Source of the DNA: Fimicolochytrium jonesii
Taxonomy: Eukaryota
Length of the DNA: 64,000 nucleotides
NCBI RefSeq assembly: GCF_025526975.1
Contig: NW_026515685.1
Coordinates: 186,001-250,000 of the forward strand
Reading direction: 5' to 3'
Below, piece by piece: positions 23,732 through 34,400 of the stretch. Below the pieces are notes generated by a model. It made no database searches and was not told the origin of the DNA. It worked only from the letters and a program-made list of their open reading frames with translations. Every line of letters begins with the position of its first letter. Position 1 is the first letter of the stretch. The translations under genes were made by a program, and so were the position numbers.

Positions 23732-26700
23732 TGTTATGAATGGGCGGAGCCGATGGAAATAGAGGCGACTTGTGGTGCAGGTTGTTGACAGGTAATGGTA
23801 TTCAGACCGAAACAAGAACTAGAACAAGACTCGGAAGAACTGGTGTTGATGTGCTGGGGGATCAGGAAGTGGGGAGCTCAGGGGAGGCGGCTATTCATGT
23901 TTTTCTGGGAAGGCTGGGGAAGCGTGGGGAAGCAGAAGGGTACGGAATGAGAGGGAAGCCAAGAGAAGCGCCAAGGGTGGGGAAGTATGGAAACAGAAGA
24001 CTGGGGATGGGGTGGCTACGCTGAGGCTGTGGGCGGGTACGTGGGGAAGTATGGAGAAGGGTTTGTAAGCGCCGAGTGTTGGAAGGTGTGGCTACGTGCG
24101 GCTGCGTGGAGAAAATGAAGGCAGTGGCAGGTGTGGGGTAGCGCGGCTGCGTGCGGCTGCGAGTTTTGGCAGATGTCAGGTTTTGACAGGGAATTGACAT
24201 TGACTGACTGTTGGGATGCTGTCATGAGGTAAGCGCATGGTATGGACGCGTCGTCCATAACATCACCCCCTCCTTTAGCCACGGCGTCCGGATGTTGTTT
24301 TGATGTTGGCAGGCTTTGGTCGGGGTTTGTCGGGGTACTTTTGGTGGAACTGGGCGACAAGCTCTTGACATCGGGCAAGGTGTTCCACTGGCTCCCATGT
24401 GTTCTCCGAGCTTGGCCAACCCTGCCACTTGATGAGGTACTGAAGGTGCGTGCGTCGAATACGGGAGTCAAGAATGTCTTCCACAATCCATTCCTCCTGT
24501 CCTTCGACTTCTTCTGGTGGGGTGGGTTCTGGCTCAGTTCGCTCCGGAATGGTGAAACGTGGTTCAAGAAGGGAGACATGGAAGACGTTGTGAATTTTGT
24601 AGGATGGGGGAAGCTTGAGGCGATATGTGACCGAGTTGATCTTCTCCGTGATTGTGAAGGGGCCAATCTTACGGTGATCAAGTTTCTGGGAAGGTCGGAG
24701 AGTCTTGAGATTCCGCTGTAAGAGCCAGACACTGTCCCCGGGTTTCATGTCTGGGCCAGGTGCCCTCTTAGCATCGGCAAAGCGCTTCATGCGTCCTTGG
24801 GCCTCCTTGAGCTCAGTGGCAAGCTGTTCATGGATTTCCTTGAGATGGTTGGCACGAGCTTCGGCTGCAGGATTAAGGGATTCGGTTGTGGTGGCGGAAG
24901 CCAGACTGAATCGAGGATGGAACTCTAGTTGGCGTAGAAGGGGGTTGTCTGGGTGGCGGAGTGGATGGTGTTATTGTAAGAGAACTCAGCAGAAGACAAG
25001 AGTTCCTTCCAGTTATCTTGTTGATAGTTGCAAAAGCAGCGAAGATATTGCTCAAGAATCTGATTGGTCCGCTCGGTTTGTCCATCGCTCTGGGGATGGA
25101 ACGCCGATGAGAGGTTGACCTTGGTTCCCAGGATAGCAAAGAGACGTTTCCAGAAGTGGGAGTTGAACTGTGGGCCACGGTCAGATACAATATCGTCGGG
25201 GAGTCCATGGAGCCGGATGACATGGTGCCAGATCAGATCTGCAGTTGACTCAGCGGTGGCAGTTTTCCTGCACGGTACAAAGTGCGCCATCTTGGTGAAC
25301 CGGCAGATGACAACGAGCACAGAATCAACCCCATCACTGGCGGGTAGATCCGTGATGAAGTCCATGGAAATTGACCCCCAGGGGCGGTCAGGGACCTGCA
25401 GGGGTTGGAGGAGACCGTAGGGCTTGTGTCTGCTGGTCTTGTCTTGAGCACATACGTCGCAGGACCTGATGTAGGACTTGACAAAACGCCACTGGCTAGG
25501 CCACCAGTAGTTGCGTGAGATGAGCTCCAGGGTCTTTGACATGCCGTAGTGTCCTGCCAAACGCGTGTCATGCATGTCCCGGCAGATCTCAGCACGGAGC
25601 TTGTTGGTGGGGACGTAGACAAGGTTGTCGTACAGCAGAACCCCATTTTCCTCGGAGAATCGCTTTATCCGTTCTTGGTCTTCTTGAGATTGCTGGGCAA
25701 TGGGGGCCCTAAGCTGTCGCCGGATGGTTTGCGCAAACACATCGGATGCCAGGGCAGCTTTGATTTGGTCAAGGAGCGAGGAGTCTAGTGGGGTCAGATA
25801 AGTGGCGGCCAGGCGGAGATGGTCAGGGGTGAGGATCGTGGTTTCCTGGGAGCGGAATGCTTCTTCCCCCTCCCTTAGCTCGTATTCAGAGCGACGAGAG
25901 AGGGCGTCAGCTTGGTGTTGCTGGGTACCAGGGCGGTATGTGATGACAAAGTCAAAATCAGCAAAGAAGATTGACCAGCGGGATTGGCGGCGGTTGAGGG
26001 TACGGGTAGTCATGAAGTACTGGAGGTTCTTGTGGTCACAGTAAACGATGACCTTGTGGCGGGCACCAATGAGGTGGTGTCGCCATTGAGCAAATGAGTC
26101 TTGGATAGCCAGGAGTTCCTTGTCGTAGATCTCATAGTTGATTTCCTCAGGAGTAAATTTGCGGGAGTGAAAGGCCACGGGGTGGAGTTGATCTGTGTCA
26201 TCGGGTTGAAGGAGGACGGCGCCAAGGGCAAAGTCTGAGGCATCGGATTCGACAATGAAGGGCTTGTCAGGGTCGGAGTGAGTCAGGATAGGTGCGGAGG
26301 TGAAGGCTTTCTTGAGGGTTTCAAAAGCTAGGTGTGCAGCGTGGGTCCATTTGAATGGCAAGTCTTTGCGAGTGAGCGTGGCCAGGGGTGCAACGATCGC
26401 AGAGTACCCTTTGATGAATCGCCGGTAGAAGTTGGCAAAACCAAGGAAGCGCTGGATGCCTTTGACATTCGTCGGGGGTTCCCATTCGGTAATGGCAGCC
26501 GTCTTCTTTGGGTCCATGGAAATGCCTTGCTGGGAGATGATAAACCCCAGGAACTCAACAGAGTCACGGTTGAATTCGCATTTTTCCGGTTTTGCATACA
26601 GCCCGTGCTGGCGGAGTCGTGAGAGCACCTCTCGGACGTGGTTGGGGTGGTCTTCTGGGTTTTTTGAGAAGATCAGAATGTCGTCAAGGTAGACCACAAC

Positions 26701-29610
26701 AAAAACGTCGAGAATGTCACGGAATATGTCGTTCATGAGGTGTTGGAATACTCCAGGGGCATTGGTGAGCCCAAACGGCATGACATTATACTCGAATAGG
26801 CCGTAGCGACATCGGAACGCTGTCTTCCATTCATCCCCTGGCCGGATCCGAAGAAGGTTGTAGGCTCCCCGGAGGTCAATCTTGGTGAGCCGGCGTGCCC
26901 CTTGAAGACGATCCATGATGCTGTTAATCAAGGGCAAGGGATAGCGATTCTTGATGGTGATATTGTTGAGTCCACGATAGTCGACGCACAGACGGAGGGA
27001 ACCGTCCTTTTTCTTGACAAAGAGGACTGGGGCACCGGCGGGAGACTTGGAGTGCTTGATGAACCCCTTAGCTAGGTTCTCTTCAAGGTAGTCACAGAGT
27101 GCCTGCATTTCAGGCTCACTGAGACTATAGATCGGGCCGAACGGTGGCTGTTTGCCCTCTTCTAAGTCGATGGGACAGTCGTAGGGTCGGTGCTCTGGGA
27201 GGGTATCCGCGTTCTTCTTGGCGAAGACGTCCGCAAAATCTTGGTATTCTTCAGGAATGATGGCCTTCGGATCTTTTGGAGGAGTGGTCGCCAGGGCTTG
27301 GGAATCTGACTTGGTCGGATTGGCGTAGGCAATGAATGCCTGGTCATGCCTTGCCGCCACACGGAAAGCTGGGGCGCTGATAAACGATACGTGGATCGGT
27401 GTGGGTGCTGGGTCCAGTGTGTTGGGTGTCTGGGCTAGGGAGACTGAAATCTCGTCTTGATGGATACGGATCAGAGGTTCAGGGGTTCTTGAGGGCTTCG
27501 GGCTAGGTTCTGTTGGCAGGGCATCCCAGGAGGCGTATTGTCCAAAACCGCAATGGCGGCGGACGCAAAGAGTGCGAGTCTTCCAATGTAGCTCCACATC
27601 ATGGAGCTCAAACCAGGGAAGCCCCAGGATGATTGGCGCATGCGGGGAACATGTCACATGGAATACCACTTCCTCAAAATGGTCGTTGACCCACATGCCC
27701 AAAGGTTGGGTGGGATGGGTAATGGAGCCCGCATGGCTGGGACGTCCGTCAACCAGTTCAAGCGCAATGGGGTCCTCCTTCTTGACAAGTGGGATGCGGT
27801 GCTTGCGGGCATAACTTTCGTCGATGAAGCACGACATCGCACCGGTGTCGAGTAGTGCTGAAAGCTGAACTGGAGCTCGCTGGGCCGATATCTGCAGGGT
27901 AACAGGGTACTCGAATGGTGAGGATGGGCCCAAAGTCCGCATGGGTGAGGGTATCTCAGATAGGAGATTGACATTGTTGGTGGTCAGGAGAAGGGTGTTG
28001 CTGGAGATGCCAGGATCGGAGCAAGGTTTTGTGGCTTCTCCCTTGGCAGTACTTGCGTGGTGAGAAGGCCCAGGACAGGTGTTGCCCAGCTGCTCGGCCT
28101 TTACTGCAGCTGGACTTCGGCAAAATCCTGGATAGGGTGCAGGTTCCTTAACCGCGACATTCGCCGTGCGTATCTTGTTCAGGGCAGAGTTTGGCTATGT
28201 GGCCGGGTTTACCACAGTAGAGGCAAAGTTTGTTTGTGATGCGGTGTTGGCGCTCTAGCGGTGTGAGGGGTCCTCGCGGACGAGCAGCGTCAATGATCAT
28301 AGGGTCGTCTGGGCGGTTGTCGGGGCTCATGAGGGTGGGGCTAGTGGTAACTGGCACATATGGCTGTCGGTTCCTGCTTCGCTCTAGACGGCGCTCAAAC
28401 AATCGGTTGTCACATTGGATGGCCTGTTCCATCACGGTGTCGATTGAGGCGGTAGGGGGCATCGTGAGCATTAAGTCCTTGACGTCTTCTTTGAGGCCGC
28501 GACGGAAGGTGGCAATCAATGCCTGGTCATTCCACGACACATCGCATTGCAGCTGTCAGAATTCAGCTACATACTCTGTTGCTGCACGGGTTTGTCGAAG
28601 GTTCTGGAGCTTGTTTTCGGACGTACGGATCCTGTCGCTGTCTCCAAAGACTGCTTGCATTTGCTGGATGAAATCATCCAGGTTCATAAGGGAATGATGG
28701 TCTTGTTCGACAAGGGGTGCCAGCCAGGCCTGGGCGGTGCCAGTGAGGTAGGTGCCAATAGTTCGTATCTTGGTCTGATCGTTGGGGTAGCGCCTGGGTT
28801 GGAGGGCGAACATGAGCCGGATCTGGTTGAGGAACCCACGGAACTTGCTTCGGGTGCCATCAAATTTGTCTGGGAGACTGATTTTGGGTTCGGGGGCGTG
28901 GGTGGCAGGGGCAGTGGTCTGGGTTTGCGCTAGTTCGGCTTGTAGGGTGGTATTCTGCGCTCGAAGTTCGTCAATCGCATTGCACATGGCTTGCCAGGCT
29001 TCGGCCGTGAGGGGAAGGGCGTCGGACATGGTGATTTGGCGTGGAGGTACAGCGGCTGGGGGTTGTTGAGCAGATCAAACTGTTATGAATGGGCGGAGCC
29101 GATGGAAATAGAGGCGACTTGTGGTGCAGGTTGTTGACAGGTAATGGTATTCAGCCCGAAACAAGAACTAGAACAAGACTAGGAAGAACTGGTGTTGATC
29201 TGCTGGGGGATCAGGAAGTGGGGAGCTCAGGGGAGGCGGCTATTTATGTTTTTCTGGGAAGGCTGGGGAAGCGTGGGGAAGCAGAAGGGTACGGAATGAG
29301 AGGGAAGCCAAGAGAAGCGCCAAGGGTGGGGAAGTATGGAAACAGAAGACTGGGGATGGGGTGGCTACGCTGAGGCTGTGGGCGGGTACGTGGGGAAGTA
29401 TGGAGAAGGGTTTGTAAGCGCCGAGTGTTGGAAGGTGTGGCTACGTGCGGCTGCGTGGAGAAATGAAGGCAGTGGCAGGTGTGGGGTAGCGCGGCTGCGT
29501 GCGGCTGCGAGTTTTGGCAGATGTCAGGTTTTGACAGGGAATTGACATTGACTGACTGTTGGGATGCTGTCATGAGGTAAGCGCATGGTATGGACGCGTC
29601 GTCCATAACA
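23732..29610 (-). mobile_element. Near full-length Ty3/Gypsy chromovirus 'A'; LTRs 23732-24262 and 29081-29610
   Basis: Near-identical ~530-bp LTRs with TGTTATG..CATAACA ends; PPT from 24263; gag 29029-28148 (internal TGA, CCHC knuckle); pol with LDTGA, YLDD, RNase H, integrase and chromodomain. Confidence 0.95.
24275..27942 (-). pseudogene. Element A pol (PR-RT-RH-IN-chromodomain), 1-nt frameshift near 24925
   Basis: The 1005-aa ORF continues in another frame into ORF 24275-24790, which has EEWIVEDILDSR..YLIKWQGW..NTWEP. Confidence 0.92.
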
Positions 29611-30639
29611 ATGAGCGGCTTCGAGCTCATTATTGGTGTCTTGAAACTCCTTGATATATTTCTCAAGAGAGTCACCAAGCTTGAGATTGGATTACTTGAG
29701 CTCAATAGTATTACGCAAGTTGCGAGGATAAAAGGGAGCGACAAGAGCCGTTTCAAAAGCTGCCCGATTTGCGGGAGGTCCAGTGGCGTAAGTTGTATTG
29801 TACCACTCGAGAGCAGTACCGTTGAGGTAGGTAGTGAGCGTAGAGGCGTACTCTGCCATAGTAAAGGCTATGGCGTTGGCAGCTCCAGTGCTGTCTGTTC
29901 CAGCTGTTGCAGCCGGGACAGTGAGAGAGTCGAGAAAGTTGTGGTGAGACGTAACGAACTCTTCGATCTTTTTGGCAGCTTTGGCGCCATTGTATTCCAC
30001 AGGCTTGTTCTTGCGAGCGTCCATAAGAAGTTTGAAACGTTCGGCTCGTTGGCCGTCTTGCGTAACAGCACGCTGCTGACTAGCGAAAGCAGCTGCGACA
30101 GCTGCAACGAGAGCTTGAGTCTGTGCGTCCATTCTTGCTTGTGAACGAGGGTAAGGGCGACGTCCGATAGAGGGACGACGTTGACGAGGAATGTCTTGGT
30201 GATGCTAGCGGTAGGTGGTGCTACCATGTAATGTCAGGGGAACTTAGCAGTAGTCGGCAGAGGAAGCAGATGACGGAGCGAACTCTATGTTGTGTGAGAT
30301 GAAGTACTGACGAGTCTGTATTGTCTTATTGTAGGAAAGAGGACGCTAGGTCCGAAAGGAGAAGAAAAGAGTGAAGTCCCGCACGCGGAAGCGTGGCGTA
30401 AGCGGGAGGGGAGTCACGTGAGGAAATAAACTACAGGAACCCTAACCGGGGACTCGGGAGGATGAAACCTCCAACACCCCCACCCAAACTCACGAGTCTA
30501 TCTAAGTGAAAGATAAATCTAAACAATGAGTACAATGGTGCGGCCGTACGCAAAAAGCGGGCGGACGTCGGGTGAATAGCTATGACTAAAAATAAAAGAA
30601 ATGAAAGAGTAAAATGAAAGAAGAGGGAAACGCCGCGAG

Positions 30640-30646
30640 TATAAAA
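30640..30646 (+). promoter_or_regulatory. Putative TATA box (TATAAAA) for the antisense ORF of K
   Basis: Lies ~93 nt upstream of ATG 30739 and is conserved in all three K copies. Confidence 0.5.
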
Positions 30647-30738
30647 CAAGAGACAGCTGTCAGTCGCCCCAGAGAGATAAGATCAACGTTGACATACTCA
30701 ACTACCGTATCCCAGATGACCACACGATACGCGAAACA

Positions 30739-31392
30739 ATGGCGAACGGAGGCAAGAACGGCGGGAGTGGCAAGAAGAGCGGCGACGGCAAGAAGAAGCA
30801 AACAGCCCGTAAGTCGGGGACGCCAGCAGCCCCTCCAGCTGCACCCCCGCTGGGACCCTCATGACCGACGACGCGCTCTACGCGCGCATCGTCCGCAGCG
30901 TCTGCAAGCGACTCTTCGATGTCAAAAGCCCAAGTGAGAGAAGCTCTTCGATTGGCGACGGAGGTGGCGACGTTGAGGTACCGGAAGGATAACTATGAGA
31001 ACCTCGCGAAGCACCTGGCGTTTACGAAGGCGAAGCTGGATCGATCGAAGCGAAAGAAGGGGTCGTTCGAGGCATTGACGGAGGAGGCAGACTACGTTGG
31101 GTGTAAGGCAGTCTCGGAGTTGCAATATAAAGGAAAAGGCGGCATATCGAAAGAAAAGATGAAAGAGGCGAAGCGCCGCAGTGATGCGGCCGAGGGACGG
31201 GAGCGAGACAAGTTGATGAAGCGACTCATGTACTTGCGAAAGCACATGGATGATTTGTCTTCGAGTGATGATGGAGACGGTGACGGAAACCGCGGGGGAG
31301 GTGGTCCAGGGGGTCCGCCTGGTGAAGGCGGAGCCGGAGCCGGTGGAGCCTCCAGTGCCGGGGCAGCGGCGGCTATCACAGTGGCGGGTTAA
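30739..31392 (+). pseudogene. Antisense accessory ORF of Copia K (217 codons) with histone H3-tail motif KQTARKS; premature TGA at 30862
   Basis: MANGGKNGGSGKKSGDGKKKQTARKSGTPAAP... is in frame with ORF 30919-31392; the TGA codon is CGA in copy 2. Confidence 0.8.
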
Positions 31393-31450
31393 GGTGCCGA
31401 AGTCGTATATAGTGCCCAGAAGCCGTCCCGGTATGGGTGTTCCGTATGTC

Positions 31451-34400
31451 TCATTCGGACGTAGTCGTTGCCGGCCGTATATTGCTAGCGACACGCCCTT
31501 CTTGAATTGCTTGAATACTTTTTGTATGTGTCTCGGGAGGAAAGGGCTTTGTGAAGTAATCATCCAGTTGTTCCTGGGTTGCGGTGTCGAGGAGTACGAC
31601 GTCTTTCTTCGCCACGCCGTCACGTAGCTTGTGGTAGCGTATGTCGATGTGTTTGGAGCGTTGAGTAATAGCCGTGGAGTTGGCAATCTCGCGGGCGCTC
31701 TGATTGTCGATGTGGAGTGGCGTGGGGTCCTTGATGTTGCCGTATTCGTCGCCGAAGACCTCCGCGATGATCGAGCGGAGGCAGATGACCTCGTTGTAAC
31801 CGAGGGCTGCGGCAATATACTCAGCTTCCGTGGAGCTGAGAGCTACGCACTTCTGCTTGGTGCTTTTCCAGTAGATAAGCTGGCCGTTGAAGAAGCTGGT
31901 GATGCCCGCGGTAGATTTGCGGTCGTTGACATCGTCTGCGTAGGATGCGTCTGTATAGACGCGAAGTCCAGCTTGATCTGAATGCCCGGACTTGTAGGTA
32001 AGCTCGAAGGTGCGGGTACCTTTAAGGTAGCCGTGATGCGAAGTACATCATTCCAGTGGGCTTGAATAGGAGCTGAGACTTGACGTGCGACGAAGCCAAC
32101 GGCAGTTGAAATATCCCAGCGCCAGGTAATGGATGCCCACGTGAGGGCCCCCACTGCTTCCTGGTAGAGAAGCTTGTTAGGAAAAGGGGGGCTTGCGGAG
32201 GTTGGTCGGTTACGCGCAGAGACGGCACACGGCGTAAAGACCCGGGTAGCATTTTGTTGTCCAAATTGTTTGAGTAAACCGTCGATATGGGTAGCATTGC
32301 TGATTTTAAGTTGGTTCCCTGACGGCGAGAGCTGGTAATCGAAGACCAGACCCAGGCAGTTCTTGATGGGACCGAGATCCGTACAGTTGAAATGAGAACA
32401 TAGTTCACCTTTCACTTGTTTGGCGTGTACGGGAAAGCAGCAGGCGATGAAGTCGTCCACATAAATAAGGAGCATCTGGAGGGCGTCCAGAGTGCGCGTC
32501 GTGCTTGCGTAGCGATAGAAGACGCAAGGGCAGTTCTTTAACGGAGTAAAGCCGAGAGAACTGAGGGTTTCGCAAAGAGTACGGTACCAGAGAAGCGGAG
32601 ACTGCTTCAGACCGTATAGAGCCTTGTGTAAGAGGTATACCCAGTCTGCGCGCGGCTTTTGCGGATCTTTGTAGCCTTGAAATTGTTCAACATAGACGGG
32701 TCCGTCGATATCGCTGCGTTTGAACGCATTGAGGACGTCTAGTTGATGGATATCCATACCGAGAGAGATGGCAATGGAGAGGAAAAGGCTAAGAACTGAC
32801 ATGGGTAGGGTTGGAGCGTAGGTGTCGTGATAATCAATACCCTTGGAATGACGAAAACCTTGAACTACACCGCGGCCCTTGAATTTCTTGAAAGTACCGT
32901 TTGGATTGAAGATTTGACAAAGTACCCAAGTACTACCGAGTATGCGCTGATTGCGCGGACGGGGTACGAGCTCCCAAGTCCCGTTATCAACTAGAGCCTG
33001 GAACTCTTTATCAGCTGCGAGCTTGAAGTCAGCTGATTGAGGGGAGGCCATCGCTTGTCGCCAGGTCATAGTGACGGATTGAGGCGTGTCTTCAGTACGC
33101 GCGTTGAAGGCGTTCGAGAAGGCTTCAATGGTTCGGGCGTTGAAAGCGGCTGGATGAGACTCCCAGATATCCAACTCTTCAGTCTCAATGAGATCAGAGC
33201 GTGGTTGCCAGGTAGGGGTAGTAAAACCAACCCACTTGACGAGGTATTCCTTTCGGACGTTCTTGCCGCGGCGCTGATGTTCAGAAAGGATGTGTTCCAA
33301 AGGGAACTCCTCTTGCGAGGTGGGAGCATCTTCTAGAAGATCTAGGAGAGCAGGATCTTGACGAAGGTGCTCAGGGAGTCCAGTAGATTCGTCGAAACAA
33401 ACATCACGTGAAACGGCGACAGTGTCGCGAACTGGATCCCAGACATAGTAACCTTTGGTGCCTTGTTGGTGAGCATAGCCCACTAGGTACGTCTTGGTAG
33501 TACGATTTGCCATCTTGTCCCAGCCCTTGGGTGGAACGACAGTGTACGTGAGACATCCGAGCTTGCGCCGATGCGCGATGCTCGGGCGGCGACCGGTAAG
33601 GAATTCGGAGCAAGATTTAGCATCCGGGGATGCAATTGAATGCGGGTAGAGGTTGTGCAGGTAAAAGACAGCTTCCAGGATGTATGGCCAGAGCTTGCGG
33701 GGTAGGTGAGTGTCCGCGAAGATGGCGCGTTGTAGTATTGCACTTTGAACTGCGCATGAAATTGATAATATTTCAACGCTGATTATACGCCTAGAATCTT
33801 TGGCAAGCGAATGAAATCACCTTTATATGACAACGTCAAAATACCGTCAAAACTTCCGACAATAAATCGACACACTCGCGTTCCCAACACTCTGACAATT
33901 ACCAAATACAACTACCTTTACCGAAACCTTGCTTCACAGCGACGTTTTGTCCTTGGATATGACTGACATGCGAAAAATGTAGGCGTAGGAGAGGATCACA
34001 CACATGAAAGCACCCCCGACCCGATCCTCAACCAACCAGAAGCTCCCACGCCGCCCGAAACGCTGAAGAAATCACCTGCGAAACGAGAAAACCAATTTTC
34101 GGTGGCCGTATACGCCAAACGTTGCAGAAAACCCCGAGAAAAGATTAGCGATAAGACCGTATCAGTGCCGAAATTGCGAATGGAAAAAGGAAAAACTACA
34201 TAGACGGCTGCAGGAAAAGAGAAAAAGACCCCAAAGTAGCTAATCCTCTAGACACGACTAGTAGAGAGTTTGGACTTCGACAAAATCCTGTAGCCTAGAA
34301 AAATCCATATAAAAACCCGCTTGTTTCCCCCAGACCTTTGTACGATACGCAGAACACAGATCCCGATCAACAACAGAGCTTTCAACTTCTCTACTCCCGA

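Larger units (their letters stand above)
20765..30242 (-). mobile_element. Ty3/Gypsy chromovirus 'C', disrupted: 3' LTR 20765-21038, pol remnant 21280-23731, gag N-terminus 29611-30132, PBS ~30215-30226, 5' LTR stub from 30227
   Basis: RT, RNase H, integrase and chromodomain ORF pieces; LTR start tgtaa(c/t)gtcag is shared with the solo LTR at 62509-62783; PBS TGGTAGCACC resembles the tRNA-iMet 3' end. Confidence 0.85.
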
